The notes under the pieces: generated by a model
Told to the model about the DNA's origin: nothing
Seen by the model: only the letters and a program-made list of their open reading frames with translations
The model's database searches: none
Shown: piece after piece, positions 30,736 through 40,966 of the stretch
How positions within the stretch are numbered: position 1 is the stretch's first letter
Layout of the letters: each line of letters opens with the position of its first letter
Position numbers and translations under genes: made by a program
NCBI GenBank assembly: GCA_965207065.1
Contig: OZ242260.1
Span: 1,504,001 to 1,568,000, forward strand
Source: a bacterium
GTDB lineage: Bacteria; UBA8248
Direction of reading: 5' to 3'
Length of the DNA stretch: 64,000 bases

Positions 30736-32754
30736 TCAAGCCGAAATTTCGCGCAACTGGCTTGCGATGCGCAGCCGAAGTTTCTTCGTAACCGACAATG
30801 CCGGGAACGGGTTGATTTTCAGCTTATAGTCTTTAGGCGGCAGCGCGAACTCGAAATGATGCGCTATAACCAACACGGTAACCGTCAACTGCAAATGCAT
30901 CCATGCCCATCCTGCGCACGAGTGGGTATCCAAGCCGTTCGGAGCGTATCCAGGACCTTGATGCTCATTGCGCGGCGGCAGGTAACGGTCGATATCGAAT
31001 TCGTAGGGGTCTGCGAAGCAATCACTCATGTAGTGCGCCGCGGTTTGCACAATGTACAACCGTTCCCTGAGCGGCAGTGAATAATTTTCCACGACGCAAG
31101 AACTTGCGACATCGCGAAGATGTATGCAGATAATCGGATACATTCGTAAACATTCCATGAGAAAACGTCTGGTAACGTCATACTTGTCCGGCGAAAACTC
31201 GTCTTTATCCGGGTCGCCGCCATCGAAAAGCGCGTTTGCCTCTTCACGAATTCTCGCCGTAATTTCCGGCTGTCTGGCCATTTCATAAAGCACGAATCCC
31301 AACATGTCCCCTAGATAAATACTTTGAAACACAGGCGTTACCGCCAGCATGAACAGCAGGTTTTGCTCCGGGATAAACTGCGGGTCGCTGTTGTGCAGAG
31401 AAATCAGTTCGTCCGCCAGATCCTCGGCAACACCTGCGCGGTGAATGGGTATATGGTTCTGCTCGATGCGCCGCAGGAGTTTCTCGTAAAGCTGAAAGCG
31501 ATACTTCATGCCGGGAGTGCGCGTCAGGAATTTCGGCAGAAAATCCGCAACGTAGCAAAGGATTGCTCTTTCATTCCATTTGACCAGATCTTCAAATACA
31601 TCTTGCGAATCCGTACTAATAAGAACCTGAGACATTTGAAAATTGGTCATCAACCGGGTATCTCGCTGTACTTCTAGTCTCGAGCCCGCCTGCCACTCTT
31701 GACTTATCATGAATTGGCGGCTCAGTCGGAACATATCATCCAGCCTCTCATAGAAACTGGCTTTCGAGTAAATTCTCCCCATCAGCTTGCGCAATCGAAA
31801 ATGATCGGCTCCGTCCATCGACGGCAGTAAATTGTTTGCGCCGCAAACCATCTCCATCTTGCGAAAAAAATTGCCGGAAGTTAAAAACCTTCGGGAATTT
31901 CGACGCACCCAATGATTGATATCAGGTCCAGCCAAAAATGTTCGCGGCTCTTGAAACGGCGCACAGATTTGAAAGACCGGACCATATCGGTCGGCCAGAT
32001 TTCCGAACAGCGCCGGCAGGTTGCCGTCCCACAAATGCCGATTTGCAAGCAAGCTCTTTAGGGGAATCTTCGGAATTGGTTTTGTGAGGGGTGAGTGTTG
32101 CAATGCAGGCGTAATGGCGACTTGCTTGACGGCAGTGGAAATGACCCGGTTGAGCAGTTCCGTTTTACAAACCAGGTCAATTCGCTTTTTCTCTTCCTCA
32201 TCCAGCTCGAAAATAAATTTAATGATATCGCACGCATCCAAAAGACCGATTATCAGGGAATCCCTCGGGTCCGGAATGATATCCGTGAAAATCACCTCCT
32301 CGATTCTCGATTTGATGTACCTTCCGACGCTCTCGCTTCGGGGATAACGTTCCAATTCCGCATGCCAGGCGCAGTGGTTCGTTGTGTAAAACTCACCATC
32401 ATGGCGCGTCAGAATTTCGGACTTGAGCAAGTGCTTCAGCGTAGCATCGATGATGTCTTCCGAATGAACTGCAAGCCGCTCAATCCAGTATCGCGGTTCT
32501 TCCAGATTGGGATGGGATGCGATCTCTTCCAGGCATAAATCCAGTGCCAGGTCGCCTGTTTTGGTTGAATCCAGGAGAAAAAGCGATTCTTCATCTGTAT
32601 CAACGCGTGATTTCAAGGAGAGATCGGCCAGAACAGCGCCGATGGTGGCGCAGTTCAACGTCCAGCCCTCCACTTGGTGGAAATAACCGTTCTGCTCGTT
32701 GAGAATCGTCAGGATGAATTCTTGCGGGATATTCAACGATTGCTTCGTTATCAT
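30736..32754 (-). CDS. GPP34 (GOLPH3-like) domain-cytochrome P450 fusion (672 aa)
   Basis: N-terminus EFILTIL..GAVLADLSL..TGDLALD..WIERL; P450 motifs YGPVF, ECLRMYP, FDIDRY, heme Cys in PNGLDTHSCAG. Confidence 0.82.
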   Translation of the reverse strand: MITKQSLNIPQEFILTILNEQNGYFHQVEGWTLNCATIGAVLADLSLKSRVDTDEESLFLLDSTKTGDLALDLCLEEIASHPNLEEPRYWIERLAVHSEDIIDATLKHLLKSEILTRHDGEFYTTNHCAWHAELERYPRSESVGRYIKSRIEEVIFTDIIPDPRDSLIIGLLDACDIIKFIFELDEEEKKRIDLVCKTELLNRVISTAVKQVAITPALQHSPLTKPIPKIPLKSLLANRHLWDGNLPALFGNLADRYGPVFQICAPFQEPRTFLAGPDINHWVRRNSRRFLTSGNFFRKMEMVCGANNLLPSMDGADHFRLRKLMGRIYSKASFYERLDDMFRLSRQFMISQEWQAGSRLEVQRDTRLMTNFQMSQVLISTDSQDVFEDLVKWNERAILCYVADFLPKFLTRTPGMKYRFQLYEKLLRRIEQNHIPIHRAGVAEDLADELISLHNSDPQFIPEQNLLFMLAVTPVFQSIYLGDMLGFVLYEMARQPEITARIREEANALFDGGDPDKDEFSPDKYDVTRRFLMECLRMYPIICIHLRDVASSCVVENYSLPLRERLYIVQTAAHYMSDCFADPYEFDIDRYLPPRNEHQGPGYAPNGLDTHSCAGWAWMHLQLTVTVLVIAHHFEFALPPKDYKLKINPFPALSVTKKLRLRIASQLREISA

Positions 32755-32834
32755 GTTACACTCCATTCCTCGTGATTTGATTCTTTCTCGTGATGCCGAT
32801 TCCTGCGGCTTCCGGTCCCCTTTTTTCCATCCCT

Positions 32835-35800
32835 CTACGAGATCTTCTTTGCCGTTCCGGTTCCGCCGTCCGGCTTCATGTCCACAGCCGCCACTCTTCC
32901 AGCCATGACGCGTTGACTTCTCGCCGGTAATATCATGCTCTTTCGTCGCTTCCGGCGACGCTGCTCGTAGAGACCAAGCGCGTGCAGGGGGAAATACTGG
33001 CGGTAGAGCACGTAATCCAGGAGCGCCGTCCGAAAAAAAACGCCGGGCATGTCCTGCTTGGGCCAAGTCCCGTCTGCTTCCTGCGTATTAAGCAGGAAGC
33101 CAGCGCCCCGGGAAATCGCGGCCCAGTCTGTTTCGTCCGCCTTGAGGAGTGCTATCAGCGCCCACGCGGTCTGTATGACCTGGCTTTCCTGATGCGGGAC
33201 GTAGCAACCGCTTAGGCAGCCGCTGTGGTGTTCGCCCCATCCCCCGTCTGGCTGCTGGCGCTCCAGCAGCCAGCGGCAAGACGCGCGCAGCGCCGGATCG
33301 CTTGGACCGGCCCGGTCCGAAACAAGGCCCCAGATGCCGAAAAGGGTGCCGTAGATGTACTGGACCCCCCATACGCCGCGCCAACTGCCGTCAGCCATCT
33401 GGTTCCGTCGCAACCACAAGGCGCCCCGGGCGATGGAGTCGGCAACCACTGACCTGTCGCCAATTTCAGGAAATCGATCCCGGCAGACAGCCAGCGCCGC
33501 GATACAAGACGCGGTACATTCGACAAAAGAATGCTCGGTCATCGATTCGCCGAACATCTCTGCAGGATTCAAGCGCTCCAGATCAATTGCCGAGCGCCTG
33601 GCCTCATAACTGCCGAAGCCGCCGTCGGGGTTCTGGCTTCGCAACATAAAGCCAATCGCTTCGCTGAGCACGGACGAGTCCGTGTCGTCTCCGTGGGCGG
33701 CGACGAGTCCAAGCACCGCCTGCGCCGTGCAGTCACTCACCGGCCAGCCATGCCACCCACCGGCGAAGCACCAGCCGCCTTTGGGGTCAGCGCGGTAGGC
33801 TTCACGAAACCGTTCAAAGCTGATCTTGATCTGTTCGCCGAGCAGAAAATCGGCGCCGCGCCGGAGCGCATCCCGAACACGGTCCGTCTCAGGCATGGTA
33901 GCCAGAGCCTGCAGCGCGAACCCGGTATCCCACGAAGCGCTTCTTGCTCCGGTGACCCGCAAGCCGTCGTCTTCGTCTTCCCATATCCAGGAATCCATTT
34001 TCGATAGCGCCCTTCGGCAATCGGTATCGTCCGGATCGTGCAGCCACAGCGCCAGAATGTTGAGAATGCCGCTGACTGGAGAGATGCTCGTATGGCTGGT
34101 GGTCTGCAGTTCCCATCTGATCTGCCCGAGAATTGCATCCATGCACCGTGTGCGCAGGTGTTTGCTGTGGAACCGCTCGACCAGCCGTGCAAATCTATAT
34201 CCGAGCCTGAGCCAGACGGACGGCCTTGCAAAAAGATCGGCATCCCGAAGCCGGTTCCTAGCGGCGAGAAAATCGGCCCTGGCAAAACCTTGCGGATAAA
34301 GCTCTTCCCGCAACGCAGCGATAACTGGTGTGACGGGCGCCTGGTACCGGCGGGCATAAATCGACGCCATCGCCATATAGATGAGCCGTGTATGGCAGTA
34401 CCAGTTGGAGGGATGCAGCGGTATCTTCCGCGGCAGGCTCCACAATTCCGGCAGAACAGCGTTCACGCCGTTCCAATCATAAAGATTAAGGAGCGCCAGC
34501 CAGAATTTTCCCCAGCTCGGAATGCCGAGAATCCCCTCGGCCTGAATGAACCGCCGGGCCGGCGCGATCAGGGGGTCATCCGGCTCTACACCGAGCAGCC
34601 GCGCCGCGACATAAACGAGGGCGGTGACGAACAGATGGGGCGACGAATGCTCGTGCAGGCCCCATGAACCGTCTTGGAGACGGGTCCTCTCAAACGAGTG
34701 CAGCACCCGGCGCCGCTTTCCCGGATCGAGCGGCTGGCCGATGATGTGGTGGAGCAGTACGTATTGCGCCGTGAGCATGGGACACCAGACCATCTCGCCT
34801 TCCCAGTCGCCGTCCTCTCTCTGCAGTTGCACGAGGCATTGGGCGGCGCTTTCCAGCGCCGGACCGGCATCGGGCGAATCGACCTCTCCGGCGCGGGCGG
34901 GCCGCTCCGATTCGGTTTTCGAAGGGATGGTATAGGGGAATGCCCGTCGTAGGTGCTCTCGCGCTTTCGCGCTTTCCTCCCTTCCTTCCCTGGCCGCCTC
35001 CCTCAACTGGCGGATGCCGAGCAGCAACCACCAAAGGCGAGCAGCCAACGCGCGAAAGTTCACCAATATCCGACGCCATAGAAACCTGCGGATGGAGAAG
35101 GTTGTCTCCCGGCTCATTGCCCGCGCGACAGTTTCGCAAAAGGAGAAAACCGTCATTGGCATGGACAACTCTTGGCAGGCAAGTATCCGCATGGTCCGGT
35201 CCCGATACCCCGAATTCGCTCGCCAGCCCTGGTAAACGGCCTTTCTGAGCATAACCGATTCGGTGCGGTAATCGGTCAACACCTCATAAAGCCCCATGGC
35301 AAGGAACTCGGGAATACGGGTCGCCTGGAACCGCTTTGCGGTGAATTGCTGGAAGTCCTCGCTTTCGGAGAGCGCCAGCGCATCGCCGAAGCCGAGAGTC
35401 ATGCCGACTGCCGTCATGGGATGATAGTGTCCGGCCGCATCGCCGATAAGCACCCGGTGCGGGTTCCCGTACGTGACACGCGGTCTCAACTGGTTGGCGG
35501 CGGCATAGAATCGCCTGACGTGCAGCGCTTCGACGAAGGCCGGCCCGAGATTTCCTGGAAGCAGCCTGCCATAGGATTCAGACAAGAAACTTATCCGGTC
35601 CTTGGAATTCCAACAATCCAATGGGACATCCAGGTTGACCCGGACGGAGCCGTTCGCAAGTCCGTAAATGAAAATTGGACCCGGCCCACCCAGAACCAGA
35701 TGGCCGTATCCTTCAAACAGCAGGTCGGCGTCGTGTAACGTCACCCCGAGCATCCGCGAACAGAGCATCGGGTCCATGGAATATCCCAAGGATCTGCGCA

Positions 35801-36275
35801 CGATCGAAGCGCGGCCGTCGGCGCCGATAATTCGGTCGACATTTATGGCGCATTCCAAGCCATTTCTCGAGAAGGTAATCCGTTCGTCTTCAACGACATT
35901 GACCCGCGCGTGGGAAATGAAATCGACATTGGCCTCGTTCTCAATGACCTCGCGGAGGCTTGAAACGAGCAGCGCGTGGTCGCATACCAGACCCCGTGAA
36001 CCGTCTGGATAAGGAAGCAGGATCGGGTCGGAGTCGTCGTCGGGCAGCACCACGAAACCGACGCCCGACTTGCTGCCGGACAGCGTGTCGACATCAATCC
36101 CGATGTCACGCAACAACTTCACTCCCGGCGGATGCAACCATTCGCCTGCAAGGCGTTTAGACGCTTTCGGATTCGCTTCGAGCAGGGCCACCTTAACGCC
36201 CTTGCGCGCAAGGACAATTGCGCATACGCTTCCCACCGGTCCCGCGCCGATAATGGCGGCATCATACTTCGGCAC
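32835..36275 (-). CDS. squalene epoxidase-oxidosqualene cyclase fusion (1146 aa from GTG)
   Basis: SE: IIGAGPVG, AGEWLHPPG, IGDAAGHYHPMTAVGMT. OSC: IPSWGKFWL, YCHTRLIY, GWPVSDCTAQ, LNPAEMFG, VECT, QW repeats. AGGAG RBS. Confidence 0.92.
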   Translation of the reverse strand: MPKYDAAIIGAGPVGSVCAIVLARKGVKVALLEANPKASKRLAGEWLHPPGVKLLRDIGIDVDTLSGSKSGVGFVVLPDDDSDPILLPYPDGSRGLVCDHALLVSSLREVIENEANVDFISHARVNVVEDERITFSRNGLECAINVDRIIGADGRASIVRRSLGYSMDPMLCSRMLGVTLHDADLLFEGYGHLVLGGPGPIFIYGLANGSVRVNLDVPLDCWNSKDRISFLSESYGRLLPGNLGPAFVEALHVRRFYAAANQLRPRVTYGNPHRVLIGDAAGHYHPMTAVGMTLGFGDALALSESEDFQQFTAKRFQATRIPEFLAMGLYEVLTDYRTESVMLRKAVYQGWRANSGYRDRTMRILACQELSMPMTVFSFCETVARAMSRETTFSIRRFLWRRILVNFRALAARLWWLLLGIRQLREAAREGREESAKAREHLRRAFPYTIPSKTESERPARAGEVDSPDAGPALESAAQCLVQLQREDGDWEGEMVWCPMLTAQYVLLHHIIGQPLDPGKRRRVLHSFERTRLQDGSWGLHEHSSPHLFVTALVYVAARLLGVEPDDPLIAPARRFIQAEGILGIPSWGKFWLALLNLYDWNGVNAVLPELWSLPRKIPLHPSNWYCHTRLIYMAMASIYARRYQAPVTPVIAALREELYPQGFARADFLAARNRLRDADLFARPSVWLRLGYRFARLVERFHSKHLRTRCMDAILGQIRWELQTTSHTSISPVSGILNILALWLHDPDDTDCRRALSKMDSWIWEDEDDGLRVTGARSASWDTGFALQALATMPETDRVRDALRRGADFLLGEQIKISFERFREAYRADPKGGWCFAGGWHGWPVSDCTAQAVLGLVAAHGDDTDSSVLSEAIGFMLRSQNPDGGFGSYEARRSAIDLERLNPAEMFGESMTEHSFVECTASCIAALAVCRDRFPEIGDRSVVADSIARGALWLRRNQMADGSWRGVWGVQYIYGTLFGIWGLVSDRAGPSDPALRASCRWLLERQQPDGGWGEHHSGCLSGCYVPHQESQVIQTAWALIALLKADETDWAAISRGAGFLLNTQEADGTWPKQDMPGVFFRTALLDYVLYRQYFPLHALGLYEQRRRKRRKSMILPARSQRVMAGRVAAVDMKPDGGTGTAKKIS

Positions 36276-36279
36276 CGAG

Positions 36280-37359
36280 TCAGCGCTCCTCAAAGGGCGC
36301 TGAGTACAGCGCGGCGGCGGTTGTGAAGGGCAGGTCGCCGTCCTGGATCGAGAGCAGGAACGTTTCCGGACCCTCGATCTCGTCATCATGCTCGGTGGGA
36401 ATAGAGAAGCGGTACCGGGGCCACCCCGCCGGGATAGTCAAATTGTAGGGGCCGCCCGTGTAGTCCCCTTGTTCCGACGCGGTCTGGTCCGTGTTCACCA
36501 ATGTAACAGTTGTATTCGTGAACCGAGGCCACGAGAACATCAGTTTCCATCTCGAGCACCTCGCCTTTGGCCACCGAGTTGGCGTTGTCCAGATACTCAA
36601 CACGCTTGTCAGGTCGCTGTGCGTCACGGTCTGCTGGCCGGCGTGCCCACGGGCAGGCCGCAGGCGACGTTGGTGTTGCTTGCCCTCGCTCCCGAAAACG
36701 ACGTTCAGCGTCCCTTCGTAGGCGTTGCCTTCTTCTAGGTTCGCCACTGGGGTGAGCATGATGAGCGCCTACTGCACCACGTTCGTGGCGAGGCCGGTGA
36801 AGGTCAGAGTCAGGTCACTTCCCGTACCGGACACCGTAACGCTGGTTCCGGTGGTGGCGTAGGAGTAGTCCGAGGTCACGTGATTGGTGTTGCGGACGGT
36901 GGTCGAGTTAGTGCCTATGCCGATGGAGAAGTGCGCCACGTCGTCCGTCAGCAGCCGCTGGCCGAGCTTGACCCTGACCTGCGCCGTGTCGGTCGCGTCG
37001 CCTTCGGTCATCCACGTATCCATCGCCTCGAAGGAGACCGTGACCTGCGCGGTGGCCTCGTCGGCAAAACCCGCCGACAGCAGGACAGGCAACAGCAAGG
37101 ACAGGAAGAGACGGTGCGGGGAAAAGGTGGTCCGTTTCCAGGGCGTGCGTCCCGGGGCGCCGATTCTTTTGCGGAGTCCGGAAGCCGCGCCGCGCGGACC
37201 GGAGCGGCGGGAAAACTCAGGCGGTGAGGCTGGAAGGCAAAGGCAGCGCCGCCATGCGGTAACGCTCATGGCCGACGTTCGGTTCGGTTCGGTTCGGTTC
37301 GGTTCGGTTCGGTTCGGTTCGGTTCGGTTCGGTTCGGTTCGGTTCGGTTCGGAGAACAT
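36280..37359 (-). pseudogene. secreted Calx-beta protein remnant with 5' simple-sequence repeat
   Basis: Signal-like LFLSLLLPVLLSAGFADEATAQ; in-frame TAG at 36769; GDY..LTIPAG..FSIPTEHDDEIEGPETFLLSI. Confidence 0.65.
37277..37351. repeat. (GTTCG)15 pentanucleotide tandem repeat
   Basis: Perfect tandem units encoding (EPNRT)5 just after the ATG at 37359. Confidence 0.95.
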
Positions 37360-37855
37360 GGTGAAGAACGCTCTCGTCCGGCTTGTCAAGCCCTGATATG
37401 AAGCTTTTCTGCTATTGAAGAAGGCCCGAAAAACCAAGGGGAATGTTGCAAGGCGGCGCGCATCTTCGGTCTCCTTAAAGAATGGGAATAATTCAGCAAA
37501 GTTAACAAAGATTTTAGAGATTAACTTCATCATTGAGTTCATCGAATCTTGATCCTGAATGGTCAAATTAAGCGTTTATGTTTGCAAATGCTTCTTTCAT
37601 ATCTTGAGCCGTTATCCGGTTCCTTGCATAGATTCATACTATTCATTTTTGTATTGGCGTCAGCCGGAACGGATCGGGCCGAATGCCGCTTAACCTATGA
37701 GTTTTGGAGTGGGCTCCTGCGTATTCACTCGAGAATGAGGGCTTGTATTTCGAAAGCGATCCCATTATCGGGTCAACCCGCAAACCATGTTGCATTGAAT
37801 ACCTTGGCTATGTCAACGAAATTTGTCAAGAAAAATTGATTTGAAATATTTGGCA

Positions 37856-38421
37856 TCATGAGCGCCCAGAAGCGATGGCGCCGGCTACGCGGCTTCCGTC
37901 AATGACGCGGACGCTGCTCCCCAAGTCCTCATGCCTGCGGATGCGCCCGGCGTCTGCGGCACGCACCAGAAGCAACTGGCGGAACGCGATGTGCCCCGAC
38001 GTAAAGACGACGGCCTCCTCCCAGCCGCATCGAGAGTTCGCGAATCGAGGATCGTGATGCCCCCGCCCACCATGTCGAACTGCGATCCGGCCGCGCGAAG
38101 CCAGATGTTCTTCCAAGACGCGATGCCGCGGCGGGAAAAAGAGAGGCCCGCGCCCTTCATCGCTTCGAGGGCGCTCAACAGATTCGACTCGTAGCCTAGA
38201 TGGACGTGGGAGCCGGCGGAATTTGGAGCGGGGTCGGCGCTGTAGCTCACCGGTTTGAAGAAGGCATAGTATCCGAATATCAGAGGACGTCCATCACTCG
38301 TGCAAGCCACCGAAGGTGTGGCGAACGCGCCGACAGCGAGAACGAGACAAACCATCGAGGCGCAGGCGGCGAGTGATGTCCGTCCGGGCAGGCGGGAAAA
38401 CAGCGCAAGCATGCCTTTCAT
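37856..38421 (-). pseudogene. ABC-type amino-acid substrate-binding protein, truncated
   Basis: Signal peptide; FKPVSY, GYESNLL, FDMVGGGITILDSR, then frameshift and loss. Confidence 0.6.
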
Positions 38422-38734
38422 CCTTTCGGACGTAATGGAGTGGCGGCGAATTCGTGATGGAATCCTGCGCCTGAGAACGGCATTCTCGTATCATCCGCGC
38501 AATCGCCCAAGCGTCGAACCCGTACCATCTTTCGAATTCACCGGTTTCTCGACGTCATATCCGTCCCTCACATCCATTTCTTCACGTCGCTTGGTTTTGA
38601 GAGCGAATGAGAGTTTGGCCTTTTTCCAGAATGGTTTCGAATACTCTTCGAACCCAATTGTAACCCCGCTGTGATAAAATGCGGCGTACGCGGACGACGG
38701 ATGGATCCCACAACAGCAGAAGGAAACGCAAGCC

Positions 38735-38931
38735 ATGAAGCTGGGCGTATTGACGGGGACGGCGACTGCCCCGGCCTGAACGCGGTCATCCGCGCGGCGA
38801 CGGCATCGAACTTCCACCGGGGAAGCCATACGCTGGGTATCCGCCCGGGCTGGCACGGCCTGGTGGACGGCGATTTCACCGAGATTACGGGCCCGGTGAT
38901 CTCCGGTATCAGTGACAATACCATCGCTTAA
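38735..38931 (+). pseudogene. pfkA: 6-phosphofructokinase N-terminal remnant
   Basis: MKLGVLTG / GDCPGLNAVIRA..GIRPGWHGLV across a frameshift. Confidence 0.7.
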
Positions 38932-39102
38932 CCGAAAAACTATAAGGGGCCGACGAGGCAGCTGCAAAGTTGCTTTTCTTCACGATTCGTAACGCAGAGG
39001 TCCTTAGGGGCGCCGCGTTGACTGGAGCGCTGCGAAGGGGCAGTTTGCCATTGTGTTTGGGGAATACCCAGATGTTCGGACAGCCCCTTCAGGAGGTTTC
39101 GA

Positions 39103-40860
39103 ATGATGTCCGTTTTTACCTCCAGGATTGTTGGACTCGTCGCCATGATCGCAATCATGTCCGGCTGCAGCAGCGCAACCAGACAAGGCCACGGCGTCCC
39201 GCCTGCAGGAGAATTGTTCCACGGGCAGAAAGCATTGATGGAAAAAGTCGAAGCCGGAGGTCCCCTCGAGGGTGTTCTGACGATTATCGATACGGAGTGC
39301 CGGGTTGCGGAATCCCACTGCGCCGTGGTCACTGAAACCGCCGCGGCGTTCGGAACACCTCGGGGAAACATACTCCACACGGAAAAAGGGCGCTTCGGCG
39401 ATGCCGACTATGAGTCCGTGCTTACTCACCCTGAAACGCTCGAAGAACTCATTGCATCCGGCGGATTGGAGGCCATAATCGAGGAGTTGAAACTTCTTGG
39501 GACGGCTCCGGGGACTTTCCTGACCCGGGCAACGTGGGAGGCGCACAGAGAACGGACGAAAGTCGTGGTCATGCCGTTCGGTCCGGTTTTCAACCGGCCG
39601 GGAGACGGTTCCCTGATCGCAAGTCGCAACATGCTGTTTGTCGCGTCAATCGGAAACGTCATCACCGATGAGAGCCAGCCGTTCGACAAGGATAGCTTCG
39701 TGCGCAACTGGTACACGCCCGGCTGGTGCAGCGATCGGGAATCGGTGGAGCGGCGCACGGGCAGCGGCAACTTCTATTGCGATCTCCTGAACGACGCACA
39801 GCTCGCCAGCATCTTCAGGAACCTGAAGGAGGCGCAGGGAAAGGCTCTGTATGCGACCTGGGGAGACATCAAGGACGGAGAAGTCACGCCCTATCCTTTT
39901 GCGGTGAGCTGCGGGGAAGCGAAGAACGATTGCTTCACGGTCATCCTGCCGCCTGAGCATCGGGGCCGGAAGATCGAGAGTTTCGATGATATGGCGCAAT
40001 ACGCCGTCGGCACCTCGTTTGCGTCGCCGGCTCTCGGCAGCTATCTCTTTTATCTTTCCCAACTCTGGGACGATGCGGGAGAGGTGCGCAGGATTCTCAA
40101 CGAATGCGCCATCGACGTTGGAGAACCCGGAATCGACAGGGAATTCGGCCGGGGCGTTGCGAGCGCCGACTGTCCGCAGGTGGCGAAGAGGGAAAGGACC
40201 ACCGCGCGGGCGAGCGTCTCACTTGACATGCGCTCGCCGCTGATGAATGCGCGGGATGCGGTGGTGTCTGCTGCCGCGGCGAGGGGCTACGAGGGGTCCA
40301 GGTCTTCGCGGCGGGAATCCGAATCCGGCGCGAGGGGGCCGCTTTCGTTCCACACCGCCCGGCCGCGGGGCGGGGCGAGAGCGCCGCTTCGGTTTTCGTT
40401 CGCCTCCTCGGCGCGGCAGCGTGTCGTTCCGGAGATTTACCTGGCGGAGGGCATTCTGGGCGCCGGGGTGACGAAACGCTTCACCACCGGCGAGAGCATC
40501 TCCTTATCGTTCGGGCATGGGTACGACACCCTTGCGGCGTCTTCCTTCCTGGCCGGCCCCGGACGCCGGGAATCGTTCATGGAGGTCGGCGTGCGTAAGC
40601 CGCTACTTCTAGGCCGAAACACGCTCGTCGAACTGTCGGGTTCATACGGGCGGGTGAACGATGAAATGCGACTCCAGGTATTCAGGGCGGGACTGAGGTC
40701 GGTGCATCGGGAAGGCAACCATAGCGTTGCATTCGACCTCGCGTATGCGCGGGCGGCCGGTTCTCTCGGCATCCCCGGCTATAGAGACGTGGGCAGGAAC
40801 AAGGTCCCCTTCATGAAGGAGTCGTTTGACACCGCCGTTTCCTGGCGCCTGGAATTTTGA
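39103..40860 (+). CDS. lipoprotein with divergent subtilisin (S8)-like domain and beta-barrel-like C-terminus
   Basis: AGGAGG RBS; IMSGC lipobox; TIIDT, SHCAVV, ASIGN, GTSFASP, DVGEPGIDREFGRG; terminal WRLEF. Confidence 0.7.
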   Translation: MMSVFTSRIVGLVAMIAIMSGCSSATRQGHGVPPAGELFHGQKALMEKVEAGGPLEGVLTIIDTECRVAESHCAVVTETAAAFGTPRGNILHTEKGRFGDADYESVLTHPETLEELIASGGLEAIIEELKLLGTAPGTFLTRATWEAHRERTKVVVMPFGPVFNRPGDGSLIASRNMLFVASIGNVITDESQPFDKDSFVRNWYTPGWCSDRESVERRTGSGNFYCDLLNDAQLASIFRNLKEAQGKALYATWGDIKDGEVTPYPFAVSCGEAKNDCFTVILPPEHRGRKIESFDDMAQYAVGTSFASPALGSYLFYLSQLWDDAGEVRRILNECAIDVGEPGIDREFGRGVASADCPQVAKRERTTARASVSLDMRSPLMNARDAVVSAAAARGYEGSRSSRRESESGARGPLSFHTARPRGGARAPLRFSFASSARQRVVPEIYLAEGILGAGVTKRFTTGESISLSFGHGYDTLAASSFLAGPGRRESFMEVGVRKPLLLGRNTLVELSGSYGRVNDEMRLQVFRAGLRSVHREGNHSVAFDLAYARAAGSLGIPGYRDVGRNKVPFMKESFDTAVSWRLEF

Positions 40861-40966
40861 ATTCATCGGTACGCATCGTTTACGGGTGAACCGTTATCGA
40901 GGCGGCTCTGCATAATGGCGCGCATTGTCCGGACGCCGATGCCGTAAGAGTTTTTTATAAAACAAT

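Noticed and set aside
30736-32754. Calling the P450 CYP51
   Set aside because: It lacks the CYP51 I-helix (AGQHTS-type) signature and has an unrelated N-terminal domain
32755-33066. N-terminal extension of the P450 (776-aa ORF); likewise the extra 38 aa on SE-OSC
   Set aside because: They overlap neighbouring genes; RBS-supported starts are at 32754 and 36275
37277-37351. GTTCG repeats as CRISPR or a functional EPNRT domain
   Set aside because: Perfect spacer-less microsatellite; the peptide is a by-product
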